Below the pieces are notes generated by a model, which searched no databases, was not told the DNA's origin, and was given only the letters and a program-made list of their open reading frames with translations. A program made the position numbers and the translations under genes. Positions 21,735 to 31,281 of a stretch of 64,000 bases of DNA are shown piece after piece. Origin of the DNA: Nostoc sp. (lineage in GTDB: Bacteria > Cyanobacteriota > Cyanobacteriia > Cyanobacteriales > Nostocaceae); assembly GCA_036918135.1 (NCBI GenBank), contig JBALDB010000046.1:1-64000 (forward strand), given 5' to 3'. Numbering within the stretch: position 1 is the stretch's first letter; each line of letters begins with the position of its first letter.

Positions 21735-22857
21735 GGGTGAGTTCCTCCTTTTTCCCTAAGATACCTTGAGGACGCCAAATCATCAGTACCATTAAAATTA
21801 ATCCAATTACCATGATGCGAAATGCACCCAAACGTGCTTCATCAAGGGAGATAATTCTGGGTAAAACTTCTCGCGTAATCGCATCGTAAGCAAAGAAAAT
21901 TACCGCACCTAAGATTGTGCCAATATTATTACCAGAACCGCCTAAAATCACCATAATCCAGGTGTCAAAGGTTAACTGGGGTTGAAAATTATCAGGGTAA
22001 ATCGCGCCCAGTTGCCAAGCAAAGAAAGCACCAGCGATACCAGCGATCGCACCTCCAAGCATCAGAGATTGTAGTTTATACCAAAAGACATTTTTTCCTA
22101 ATGCTTTGGGAATTTCTTCATCTTCGCGGATAGCTTTAAGAATTCTACCCCAAGGCGATCGCACTAAAATTTCTAACCGCCAGAATACAAGTGCTAAAAC
22201 TAACAACAACACCAACATTAAACCTGCTTTTGGGTTGTAATTATACAGTCCAATTACCCCAGAAATATAAATTGCTGCTGCCAAAACTGCTAAGACAATT
22301 CCTACTCCCAAGCGCGATGCAAATTCTTGTTTGTCAGTCATTTTTTGACCAAAATCAGTAGTCCGAGATACTTGAGTAGTACGAATCCATCGCCACAACG
22401 TCAAGAAAGTTACAACAGCTACTAATGTTAACAGCCCAATCATCACTAATCTGAGAAATAAACTCGGCTGTGCGGAGAAGGGTATGCCATAACTTTGTAC
22501 GCCAAACGCTCCAGAAACCCAAGAATCTCCCACAGGTAATTCCTGATTATTGACTACTAAACGAATTAATTCTCCCGTACCAATAGTGACAATTGCTAAG
22601 TAATCTTCCCGCAAGCGCAGAGTTGCAAAACCAATTATCAAACCCAATAAAGCGGCTATGATTGCTCCAGCCAGCGCCGAAATTAGTAAGGCAACGCCTT
22701 TTAAGCTTAACAACACAGTTGTATATGCTCCCAAGGTCATGAAAGCAATATGACCAAAGTTAATTAATCCCGTAAAGCCCCACTGCAAATTCAGTCCGAG
22801 AGCAAATAAGGCAAAACTGGCTGTAGAAATTGCTAAAAAAATGAGATATTCAACCAT
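21724..22857 (-). CDS. natC: Neutral/branched-chain amino acid ABC permease (LivM-like)
   Basis: GLNLQWGFTGLINFG, LRLREDYLAIVT, SPWGRILKAIREDE. Confidence 0.85.
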   Translation of the reverse strand: MVEYLIFLAISTASFALFALGLNLQWGFTGLINFGHIAFMTLGAYTTVLLSLKGVALLISALAGAIIAALLGLIIGFATLRLREDYLAIVTIGTGELIRLVVNNQELPVGDSWVSGAFGVQSYGIPFSAQPSLFLRLVMIGLLTLVAVVTFLTLWRWIRTTQVSRTTDFGQKMTDKQEFASRLGVGIVLAVLAAAIYISGVIGLYNYNPKAGLMLVLLLVLALVFWRLEILVRSPWGRILKAIREDEEIPKALGKNVFWYKLQSLMLGGAIAGIAGAFFAWQLGAIYPDNFQPQLTFDTWIMVILGGSGNNIGTILGAVIFFAYDAITREVLPRIISLDEARLGAFRIMVIGLILMVLMIWRPQGILGKKEELTLGK

Positions 22858-23131
22858 AATTAAATAGTTAGGAGTTAGAGATTTTCAATAAATAAATTCT
22901 CGAATTTTCTAGAGTGGAAATCTTGCACCTGTTTAATCTTCTGCCAATAAATAAACTTCTTGGCTAATAATCTTAAAGTCAATTAAAGTGGATTGTGAGC
23001 AATCCAGTCATTAATCGAGTTTAGTTCTCTTGAGAAAATTTCAGCTATTAGCCATCGCTTTCTTACCTATGGTGGTTTTTACGATTGATGCAAGATTTGA
23101 GTGGGAAGTTGAAAGTCGCTAAGGCTCAACT

Positions 23132-23345
23132 TTGAGGTTCAGAGGTTCAATGTTGAGGTTCAGAGGTTCAATGTTGAGGTTCAGAGGTTCAATGTTGAGG
23201 TTCAAAGGTTCAACGTTGAGCTTCAGAGGTTCAATGTTGAGGTTCAGAGGTTCAACGTTGAGGTTCAGAGGTTCAACGTTGAGCTTCAGAGGTTCAACAT
23301 TGAGGTTCAACGTTGAGCTTCAGAGGTTCAATGTTGAAGTTCAAC
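23132..23345. repeat. 21-bp tandem repeat array (VNTR)
   Basis: Unit TTGAG(G/C)TTCAGAGGTTCAA(T/C)G, about 9 full copies plus partial ones, with no spacers. Confidence 0.95.
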
Positions 23346-23611
23346 AGACTTTACAGGGCAAGTTCTAAAACCTCTGGTACGACAGGGGGTAGGGGGTGGC
23401 TGAGTAGGTGTAGGGAAAAGAAGAAAGCCTTACTACACCCCACACCCTTGCTCATGAATTCACATAACGTGAAAAGTCAGTGAGGTTTAAAGGCTCAAAT
23501 CTTTATCCTCCCACACGCTCCTGTGCCCCCTAGCCCTCCTGACTGGGCGAATAAATTTTAGCTTAGCTTGAGGGTAGTACTGCAATTGTCGTTAAGCCTG
23601 ACTAATTTTTT

Positions 23612-23620
23612 GGGAATACT
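23612..23620 (+). promoter_or_regulatory. GGGAATACT, SigJ-type (J-box) promoter element
   Basis: Exact motif 40 nt upstream of ATG 23660. Confidence 0.5.
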
Positions 23621-23659
23621 ATTTACTGTTAGTGTTTGCTTATAAGGAATAATTAACGT

Positions 23660-23857
23660 ATGAATTTGCTGCGACTGAGAATGCATCATTTAATCGAGCA
23701 GTTAGCCGATGAAGATTTGCAAAGCATTTGGAACGTTCTCGAAGCTTTACATTGTGACTCTTATATGCTTAAAGCCATACAAAAAGTTAAGCGATCGCAG
23801 CAGCCGTGGGACATCTTAACCCATGATGAAGCAGTACGACTGTTAATGTTTTTCTAA
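23660..23857 (+). CDS. Putative antitoxin-like small protein
   Basis: 65-aa helical protein ending LTHDEA, with an AAGGA RBS, upstream of a RelE-like gene. Confidence 0.65.
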   Translation: MNLLRLRMHHLIEQLADEDLQSIWNVLEALHCDSYMLKAIQKVKRSQQPWDILTHDEAVRLLMFF

Positions 23858-23968
23858 TGCAGCAGCGCTTCGATCTCGTCGTACCAGTAACCCTCAAGTT
23901 TTGCCTAGCTTGCTTGTTTACAGGAGTAGACAATCCAAAATCTAAAATCCAAAATGGTATAACGCCTA

Positions 23969-24226
23969 GTGAGTCTGGAAGTGCGCTATGCAAGGTCTTT
24001 TTTGCTAGACCTAAAAAATTTAGAACCTGCTGCTTACGAGCGGGTGTATGATTTTGTATTTACCGAATTTGCCCAAAACTGGCAGCTCAGTGGACTAAAA
24101 GAACTACGACAGCTTGATAGTGAGGGGATTTTTCACCGCTTCACCCTAGATGAATATCTGATTGGTATAGAAATTAGGGGTGGAATTGTGAAATTTTTGC
24201 GTGTCATCCCTATGCCAGATGTTTAA
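23969..24226 (+). CDS. RelE/ParE-fold toxin-like protein
   Basis: EVRYARSFLLDLKNL...HRFTLDEYLIGI...VKFLRV pattern. Confidence 0.75.
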   Translation: MSLEVRYARSFLLDLKNLEPAAYERVYDFVFTEFAQNWQLSGLKELRQLDSEGIFHRFTLDEYLIGIEIRGGIVKFLRVIPMPDV

Positions 24227-24338
24227 GCCATATAGTTTAGCGAACACTTAAAACTGTAAACTGTATAACGCTAGGCAGGGATCGCTATGACCTTCCATTA
24301 AACTGGTCTTTGAAAAACACTTTATTTGAGATTTCCCT

Positions 24339-25925
24339 ATGGATGCTAGGGCACTTTGGCAACGATACCAAAACTGGTTGTATTTCCACGAGGGATTAGG
24401 ACTGTATTTAGATGTGAGTCGAATGCGGTTCGATGATGCCTTTGTGGAGTCGTTGCAGCCGAAGTTTGAGAAGGCGTTTGCGGATATGGCTCAACTGGAG
24501 AAAGGAGCGATTGCAAATCCCGATGAAAACCGCATGGTTGGACACTACTGGCTGCGAAATCCAGATTTAGCGCCAACTCCAGAACTTACGCAAGAAATTG
24601 TCCAAACCCTAGAACAAATCGAAGCCTTTGCGGAAAAAGTCCAAACAGGTGCTATTCATCCTCCCAGATCCAGCCGCTTCACAGATATTATCTCTATTGG
24701 TATTGGTGGTTCCGCCCTCGGCCCCCAATTTGTCGCTGAAGCCTTGGCGGCTGATTTCCCGCCCCTGAAAATTCACTTTATTGATAACAGCGACCCAGCA
24801 GGTATCGATCGCGTTCTGAATCATTTGCGAAATAATCTTGCTAGTACTTTGGTATTGGTGATTTCCAAATCTGGGGGAACACCAGAACCTCGCAACGGCA
24901 TGATTGAAGTTAAAAAAGCCTACGCTGGACACAATTTGGACTTTGCTCAATATGCAATAGCTATCACCAGCCCTGATAGCAACCTCGATAAAGTAGCCAA
25001 AGAGGAAGGCTGGCTGGCTAGGTTTCCTATGTACGATTGGGTGGGAGGACGCACCTCAGAAATGTCTGCTGTGGGGCTAGTACCAGCAGCACTGCAAGGC
25101 ATTGATGTTCGCACCATGCTCGAAGGTGCAAAAGAAATGGATGATGCTACCCGCGTCCCAGATGTGAAAAATAACCCAGCAGCCTTGCTTGCTTTGTCTT
25201 GGTACTTTGCTGGCAATGGACGAGGTGAAAAAGATATGGTTGTTCTACCTTATAAGGACAGCTTATTTTTATTCAGTCGCTATTTGCAACAGCTAGTGAT
25301 GGAATCCTTGGGCAAGGAAAAAGACTTAGACGGCAAAACAGTCTATCAAGGCATCGCTGTTTATGGTAACAAAGGCTCAACAGATCAACATGCTTACGTC
25401 CAGCAGTTGCGTGAAGGTGTGCCGAATTTCTTTGCTACTCTCATCGAAGTTCTAGAAGATCGTCAGGGTATGTCGGCACAAATAGATCCAGGAGTGACAT
25501 CAGGCGATTATCTTTCTGGTTTTCTCCAAGGAACTCGACAAGCACTTTATGAAAATCACCGCGATTCAATCACAGTTACTATTCCCCAAGTTAACGCCCG
25601 AACTGTAGGGGCATTAATCGCTTTGTACGAGCGTGGTGTTGGTTTATATGCTAGCTTGGTCAACATCAACGCCTACCATCAACCAGGAGTAGAAGCTGGC
25701 AAAAAAGCCGCTGCCAGTATTCTTGACTTACAAACACGAGTAGTAGCAGTGCTACAAAATGAAAAAACTCCCCTTTCTGTGGAAGAACTCGCCGAAAAGG
25801 CTGGTGCATCAGAGCAAGTTGAGGCGATTTACAAGATTTTGCGTCATCTTTATGCCAATCAGCGCGGTGTAGTTTTGTCAGGCGATTTTCATAAACCCAG
25901 TAGTTTGAAGGTTTCTGTTAGCTGA
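24339..25925 (+). CDS. pgi: Glucose-6-phosphate isomerase
   Basis: [43 protein letters not shown]. Confidence 0.98.
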   Translation: MDARALWQRYQNWLYFHEGLGLYLDVSRMRFDDAFVESLQPKFEKAFADMAQLEKGAIANPDENRMVGHYWLRNPDLAPTPELTQEIVQTLEQIEAFAEKVQTGAIHPPRSSRFTDIISIGIGGSALGPQFVAEALAADFPPLKIHFIDNSDPAGIDRVLNHLRNNLASTLVLVISKSGGTPEPRNGMIEVKKAYAGHNLDFAQYAIAITSPDSNLDKVAKEEGWLARFPMYDWVGGRTSEMSAVGLVPAALQGIDVRTMLEGAKEMDDATRVPDVKNNPAALLALSWYFAGNGRGEKDMVVLPYKDSLFLFSRYLQQLVMESLGKEKDLDGKTVYQGIAVYGNKGSTDQHAYVQQLREGVPNFFATLIEVLEDRQGMSAQIDPGVTSGDYLSGFLQGTRQALYENHRDSITVTIPQVNARTVGALIALYERGVGLYASLVNINAYHQPGVEAGKKAAASILDLQTRVVAVLQNEKTPLSVEELAEKAGASEQVEAIYKILRHLYANQRGVVLSGDFHKPSSLKVSVS

Positions 25926-26157
25926 TAACTGTAGTGCAGATATCACATTTTGTTGAGAATTGTTGTATCTGCAACAATTTTTTATTGTCAAGCATCCTAG
26001 ATAGAAGGTATATCTTTAATCTAGGATGCTTCAATAATTCGTAATTCATTATTTTAGTTATGAATTGCCATTAGGCGTTGGTTAAAGTAACTCTTGGGTA
26101 AGAAACAGCGACCGGGTAAAAAAGGATTGTTGACATTTTGAGATAAAAGAGTATTTT

Positions 26158-26370
26158 GATTGGGCTTACATCGGTGAAGAACCTCTACAAACAGCTAAGG
26201 GAGAATCAAGATTTGATATTTATTTAGGTAAGGTGATATTAAACGAACAGGAGTATGAAATTAATGTTTATACAGGAGATGAAATTACAGAAGTTTTGTT
26301 AAGTTCAGAATGGCTAAAGATTCTGCCTTTGGTTGTAAATTATCAAGCTGGTATCTTGACTTGGAGATAA
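26158..26370 (+). pseudogene. C-terminal fragment of a clan AA (retropepsin-like) aspartyl protease
   Basis: Manual translation DWAYIGEEPLQTAKGESRFDIYLGKVILNEQEYEINVYTGDEITEVLLSSEWLKILPLVVNYQAGILTWR*. No start codon and no DTG-containing N-terminal half. Confidence 0.65.
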
Positions 26371-26380
26371 CTACAATATC

Positions 26381-27781
26381 TTATAAGAATACGCTGTTGG
26401 TATTAATAGGTAAATCGCGTAGAAAGTAAAAGCGATCGCTCCTCCAATCACTGCTTTTAATCCGTCCTAAATAGCCCGTTAATGGCGAAGAAAGTTCTAT
26501 CAAAATTTCGTGCATTTCATTTGTTTTTAGTGCCTGTGGTGGATGTGAACCGAAGTAAGCACCATGTAAAGCTTCGACACCAGCAGATTCTGTGCCTGAA
26601 TTTTGCAAATAATTTTTAACAAGTTCGATAATGTGCGATCGCAACTTAATCTCTCTCTCAGCTTTATCAATATATTCATCGATTTTATAGTCAATTTGCC
26701 CAGATTGTAGATATTGCTGTAATTCGACTAAATTAATAGCACCTGGATATTTTGCTTTCAATTCAACTAGTTTTTGTAAAGTCATAGCATTAATAATACT
26801 TACTTTCCATTCTTTAGCGGCTTTTAGCATATCTGTGGATGGATTACCAGGGCCAATTACTAATTTTGCTGAATCAAGAAATTGATCAGCACCTAAATGC
26901 ATTCCGCCTAGCTTAATTAATTCCTCAACTGTACCGCTAGGAATAAGCCTACCCGCTTTACATTCACAAACAATAGGGTAAGGTTTTGAACAATATAAAT
27001 CTAAGCCTCCAGCGCCACCTTTGTAAGCACTTTCTACTTTGAAGCCTAAAAACTCCAGACTTTGACGTGCGATGTTTTCAAAATCTGTACCAGCTTGGTA
27101 GTTGCTTTTTTTCTCGTCTTGTTCGATGCTGCGATCGCCCAATTTTGCAATATTATTTATCCAAGCTAAATTTGGATCGGGTTGCTTAATTAGCTTGTCA
27201 CTACTCCAACCCAAAAATACTTTGATATCGTCGTCTAATTGTTTAGCTGTTGGCTGGCTAATGGTTAGGGATGCGATCGCACTTTGTAATTCTTCAAGTT
27301 CAGGATGCAGTGGTGGCTCTAATTTTTCTAGTTGGTGCTTGCGTTGGGCGAAAGTGCGATCGGTTAAAATTGGCTTGTCTTCAGAAACCGTTAGAGAATT
27401 AGGTAAACTAACAAACTTTCCTAACTTTTCTTGAATGTTAGGATTAATTGATATTTCTTGTAACTGAGGTAACTGATAGACACGTAAGTAAGTTAAAAAA
27501 AGGTACTGCTGTTGCCGTAGTATTTCTTTTAGCTCTTTTAATGTCCATATTGTTAATTTAGACAAAATATCTAATGGCTTAGTTTCGTCTAAAATTTGAC
27601 AAAGTTCGCATTTAGCCCAAGTTTTAATTGAAACTGAAGAGTCAGCAGAATAAAGTGCAAATCTTTGCCTAGGACGAATAAACATCTTGGGTAAAGCTGC
27701 AATTGTTCGCCCTTGTATTAAAGCTTTAATATCAGAGGCGGGTAGACACAGTGCTGTTGGAATTGAGAACAGCTGATTCAT
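26381..27781 (-). CDS. DUF1802-like N-terminal domain fused to an Mrr-type PD-(D/E)XK endonuclease and a C-terminal helical domain
   Basis: N-terminus ALCLP..DI.AL.QGR...WA.C...LRVY.L. Nuclease motif GTDFE...SLEFLGF...GGAGGLDL...VCECKAG. Confidence 0.8.
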   Translation of the reverse strand: MNQLFSIPTALCLPASDIKALIQGRTIAALPKMFIRPRQRFALYSADSSVSIKTWAKCELCQILDETKPLDILSKLTIWTLKELKEILRQQQYLFLTYLRVYQLPQLQEISINPNIQEKLGKFVSLPNSLTVSEDKPILTDRTFAQRKHQLEKLEPPLHPELEELQSAIASLTISQPTAKQLDDDIKVFLGWSSDKLIKQPDPNLAWINNIAKLGDRSIEQDEKKSNYQAGTDFENIARQSLEFLGFKVESAYKGGAGGLDLYCSKPYPIVCECKAGRLIPSGTVEELIKLGGMHLGADQFLDSAKLVIGPGNPSTDMLKAAKEWKVSIINAMTLQKLVELKAKYPGAINLVELQQYLQSGQIDYKIDEYIDKAEREIKLRSHIIELVKNYLQNSGTESAGVEALHGAYFGSHPPQALKTNEMHEILIELSSPLTGYLGRIKSSDWRSDRFYFLRDLPINTNSVFL

Positions 27782-27791
27782 TTCTAATTAG

Positions 27792-29657
27792 CTATAAGTT
27801 CAGTTCTACGTAATCGTCAGTATTAATACTTTGAGGAATACTAATAGGTAATCCATCATCAGTTAAATTAGTTGGTTCTTGTCCAGAAGGATCGCTAAGG
27901 ATTTCTCGAATCAAAGGATTATTGCTTGCTAGTTGCTTTTGCTTAATAAAATCAAAAATTTGTTCTTCTGCTAGTTCATAGGTTTCACGGTTATAGTAAA
28001 CGAATAATATCGCCAATAAATATTTAATATCTTGCCTTTGCAAGCTTACCCACTCTCCACCCTTATTTTCCAACAGTATTTTTAAATGCTTTCTAGCTAA
28101 TATTGCATTTTGACTAATTTTCTTTGAACGCACTAAACAACCACGAGTTAGGTCAAATGTTTTATAATCAATCAGTCGTCCCAAGGCTGCACTAATAACT
28201 GTCCGGTCTTGCTGAACTACATCTACTCCAATCCTCACTTTTTTCTTATTACCAACAATTTTAAAATCCATAAAGCCATTATTTGCTGTACTAGGCTCTA
28301 TTTCTTCAATTGATTCGATTTTCACTCCTTCAATAGTTTCACCTATTAAACTATTGAAAGCCAGCCAAAGAGCATCAGCAATTGTTGCTTCTTCTTCCAT
28401 GAGGGAGTCAATAGAAGCTTCAACATTTGCTAATTCACTATTAAAGTATGGTTTAACTGGATGTGCTAGCGGTGGAACCTGTATCAAAGGAGGTACAAAA
28501 TTATCTGCACACCATTTTAAAACTGACCTAACAGTAGGTTTACTCTTACCAAGTTCTCTGAGTTGAGCTTCGTTAAATGGGTACAGAGGATGAAGTGGTG
28601 TTTGTTTATGTTCCAGATAAAAATCTTCCAACCATTGACTAACTAGAGCCACAATATCATCAGAATTTAGATATTTTAATGCAATTGGTTGCCTGTCAGC
28701 TTGTTCGCTTGCTAATCTATCAACGACTGCTTCCGCTTGTGGTAATGTCCTGATTTGCTCGTTCCAAGTTTCAGGATACATAGCCAAAAGGAAAACACCT
28801 CTTTTAAGATTGTTATATAAATCCTTAAATAAGTTTGCAATAACTTGTGCTGCTGTAAAACCTGTGTCGGAAATTTCTGCAATATCTAATTCATCAAAGC
28901 AAATTACAGGAACTCTATAATGGCTGATTATATCTAAAATCTGGCGTACATTAGATAATGCTTCAGCTTCTCTATCTTCATTTTTGAGATTTGGTAAACC
29001 TAGTGTATTAGCCTCTGTTTGGGTGATTTCTAAACCTGATAGCCAATAATTTGCATAGTGAGTATGTGCTGTGGAAAGTGTCCACAAAATAGCCCTGATT
29101 ATATAAGGATTAGTAATATCAGGCTTAATTTTCAATACGGCTTCTGTTAAGGTGTCAATTGTCTTAGTTGAGTATTTGCTTAACCAATTGGGGTAAATAT
29201 TACTGATGTACTGGCGTGGTGTATAGTTACAATTTTTAGCTTCATTGATTAAAGCAGCAGCTATTTCTTGCCACTGCATTACTTGTTGACCACCAAAAGC
29301 TCTAAGACTAGAAGCAACGGCTTGAAGGAATTGATACTTGATCTGATTCAGGCTGTCATACTTACCCATGTAAATAAATAGGGCATTATCTTCTGTTTCT
29401 AAACGATGACGAACACGGCTGATAAGATGACTTTTACCTAACCCCTTTTCAGCAGTTATTGTGATACCTACAGTTTCACGCTTCCCTTTACGAATTTGTT
29501 CGACTGCATCAAATACTACATTAGAAGCGTAAGAATTAATTGAGGAAACATCAGGATAACTTTTTCCCCATATCTGTTGAGGTCTGACAACAATATGTCC
29601 GGCAAATGGATTTTGATTTGTAATTAGTTCATCAATGGTAGATGTAGTAGCAATCAT
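27792..29657 (-). CDS. Large P-loop (AAA-like) ATPase of unknown function
   Basis: Walker A AEKGLGKSH, Walker B VICFDELD, possible Arg finger AVVDRL, and LYPF and PTVRSVLKWC motifs. Confidence 0.85.
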   Translation of the reverse strand: MIATTSTIDELITNQNPFAGHIVVRPQQIWGKSYPDVSSINSYASNVVFDAVEQIRKGKRETVGITITAEKGLGKSHLISRVRHRLETEDNALFIYMGKYDSLNQIKYQFLQAVASSLRAFGGQQVMQWQEIAAALINEAKNCNYTPRQYISNIYPNWLSKYSTKTIDTLTEAVLKIKPDITNPYIIRAILWTLSTAHTHYANYWLSGLEITQTEANTLGLPNLKNEDREAEALSNVRQILDIISHYRVPVICFDELDIAEISDTGFTAAQVIANLFKDLYNNLKRGVFLLAMYPETWNEQIRTLPQAEAVVDRLASEQADRQPIALKYLNSDDIVALVSQWLEDFYLEHKQTPLHPLYPFNEAQLRELGKSKPTVRSVLKWCADNFVPPLIQVPPLAHPVKPYFNSELANVEASIDSLMEEEATIADALWLAFNSLIGETIEGVKIESIEEIEPSTANNGFMDFKIVGNKKKVRIGVDVVQQDRTVISAALGRLIDYKTFDLTRGCLVRSKKISQNAILARKHLKILLENKGGEWVSLQRQDIKYLLAILFVYYNRETYELAEEQIFDFIKQKQLASNNPLIREILSDPSGQEPTNLTDDGLPISIPQSINTDDYVELNL

Positions 29658-29696
29658 AGTATTGTGAAATTGATTTAGTGAGGAGTATAAAAAAGT

Positions 29697-30356
29697 TTAG
29701 GATTTGAGAAGCTTGGCGTAGCAGCGTAATCCATCTAATACCGTAGTAATGGAATCTTCTATTTTGTCAGGTGTGTTATCTTCTACAGTTCCGCCTTGTA
29801 GTTGCAAAATATCATCGGCTTGTGTTTCCAGTAGCCAATCATTAAACTCTGTACGACTCACCCGATCGCCAATCTCTCTCCTAATCCGGTAAATTGGTAC
29901 TAAATGATTAAAGTTGTACTCATAGTTCAACTTGTCGTAGGCTTCCAATGCCACAGATTTAAACTCGTTGTAAGATGCGATCGCCTCACTCTTCCCATTC
30001 ATTGGTACATCTGCACCAGCTACTACAACATCAATCTGACTAATCCATTTCACCAACGCATTCGCTGCCCAAGTTCCGACAATTGTGCCTTCAAATTTAA
30101 AATCATCACTCCTTAAACCCTCATCTAATACCTCTAAACCTTTGGGAGATATCAGAGAATATCCCTTTTTAGAAATTGCGATCGCTCCTTGATTCTGTAA
30201 TTCCTCGAATATTCCTTGATAATCTGCTACCTTTTTATTTTTTGATACAATTCGTTTCGTAAGTATACCTTTATTCACTTGCTGCTCAATTCCTCCCAAA
30301 TCCCACAAAGCTAAAAGGACACGAGTTCTGGTTTGGGCTGTGTTTTTTGATGCCAT
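29697..30356 (-). CDS. Putative DNA-binding protein (two winged-helix-like domains)
   Basis: N-terminal RVLLALW...EL...G.I......Y.L.SPKG and C-terminal LVPIYRIRREIG..VSR.EFNDWL. First gene of the operon (ORF open from 30377). Confidence 0.65.
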   Translation of the reverse strand: MASKNTAQTRTRVLLALWDLGGIEQQVNKGILTKRIVSKNKKVADYQGIFEELQNQGAIAISKKGYSLISPKGLEVLDEGLRSDDFKFEGTIVGTWAANALVKWISQIDVVVAGADVPMNGKSEAIASYNEFKSVALEAYDKLNYEYNFNHLVPIYRIRREIGDRVSRTEFNDWLLETQADDILQLQGGTVEDNTPDKIEDSITTVLDGLRCYAKLLKS

Positions 30357-30694
30357 ATTTAGTGTCTTTTTTGACAAATATCATCGTATTAACTGTATCT
30401 TTTTAAACTATTAATGTACACAAAAATAACCGAGAAATTGCTGAATATTTTTATCCTTGTAGAAAAGAAATTCATCAAAAATCAATAAGATATTTCGTTG
30501 GGATGAAGTGAGTTTCTCTCAAAGGCAGGATGGAATATTTGATAAATTCACCCATTATGTTTATTGAAATGCTGTAGTTGCGCTGTTGTAATCAGCGATA
30601 AATGTTTTTGCAATCCCAGGCAAAGTAACAGGAATCCTAACTCTGTAGTTGCAACAGCAAGGCTCTTAGTAAACGTAGGTGATGATGAGATCCG

Positions 30695-31186
30695 ATGATT
30701 ACAATATTTAAAGAACGTAAAGTAGTTTCACGTTTGCTGGCAGTGTTGCTTTCAGCATTGCTAACAGTGCCATTGCTCAGTAGCTGCGGAGGAGGTTCCA
30801 AAAAAGCTTCAGCGCCACCACCTGTGGATGATACAGTTGGTAGAACAGTGAGCGATCGCAGCACAAATCAAGCCCAAGCTAAGAAGGGCTTGGGCACAGG
30901 ACAAAAAGTGGCAATTTTGGCCGGAGCTGCGGCACTTTATTACCTCTACAACCAACATAAGAATGCTTCACAAGAAGGAGCGCAAGGTAAGTACTATCTT
31001 TCCAAGAATGGGCGTGTATATTACCGTGATGCAGAACACCGCGCTCACTGGGTAACTCCACCATCAGAAGGAATTCGAGTGCCGGAATCTGAAGCACAAC
31101 AGTATCGGCAATTCCAAGGATATAACAAGAGTTCTTCAGGTCGCGATCTAACTGGCATAACTTCATCGGCAGCTCCAACTTTCTAG
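30695..31186 (+). CDS. Lipoprotein of unknown function
   Basis: Lipobox LLSSC, second hydrophobic segment, YYLSKNGRVYYRD motif. Confidence 0.75.
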   Translation: MITIFKERKVVSRLLAVLLSALLTVPLLSSCGGGSKKASAPPPVDDTVGRTVSDRSTNQAQAKKGLGTGQKVAILAGAAALYYLYNQHKNASQEGAQGKYYLSKNGRVYYRDAEHRAHWVTPPSEGIRVPESEAQQYRQFQGYNKSSSGRDLTGITSSAAPTF

Positions 31187-31281
31187 ATTCAGCGAAGCGT
31201 GTGTAAATCTAAAGCGGGTTTCCCGGAGGATAACGCCGATCGCGCACGTGGAATACACGGAACTAAATAAGGAGACAAAAC

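Noticed and set aside
23132..23345. CRISPR array
   Set aside because: The units are contiguous 21-mers with no unique spacers, and there are no cas genes in the window.
23119..23368. 63-aa and 78-aa repeat ORFs as real genes
   Set aside because: They are by-products of a stop-free 21-bp repeat, with no clear RBS or recognisable domain.
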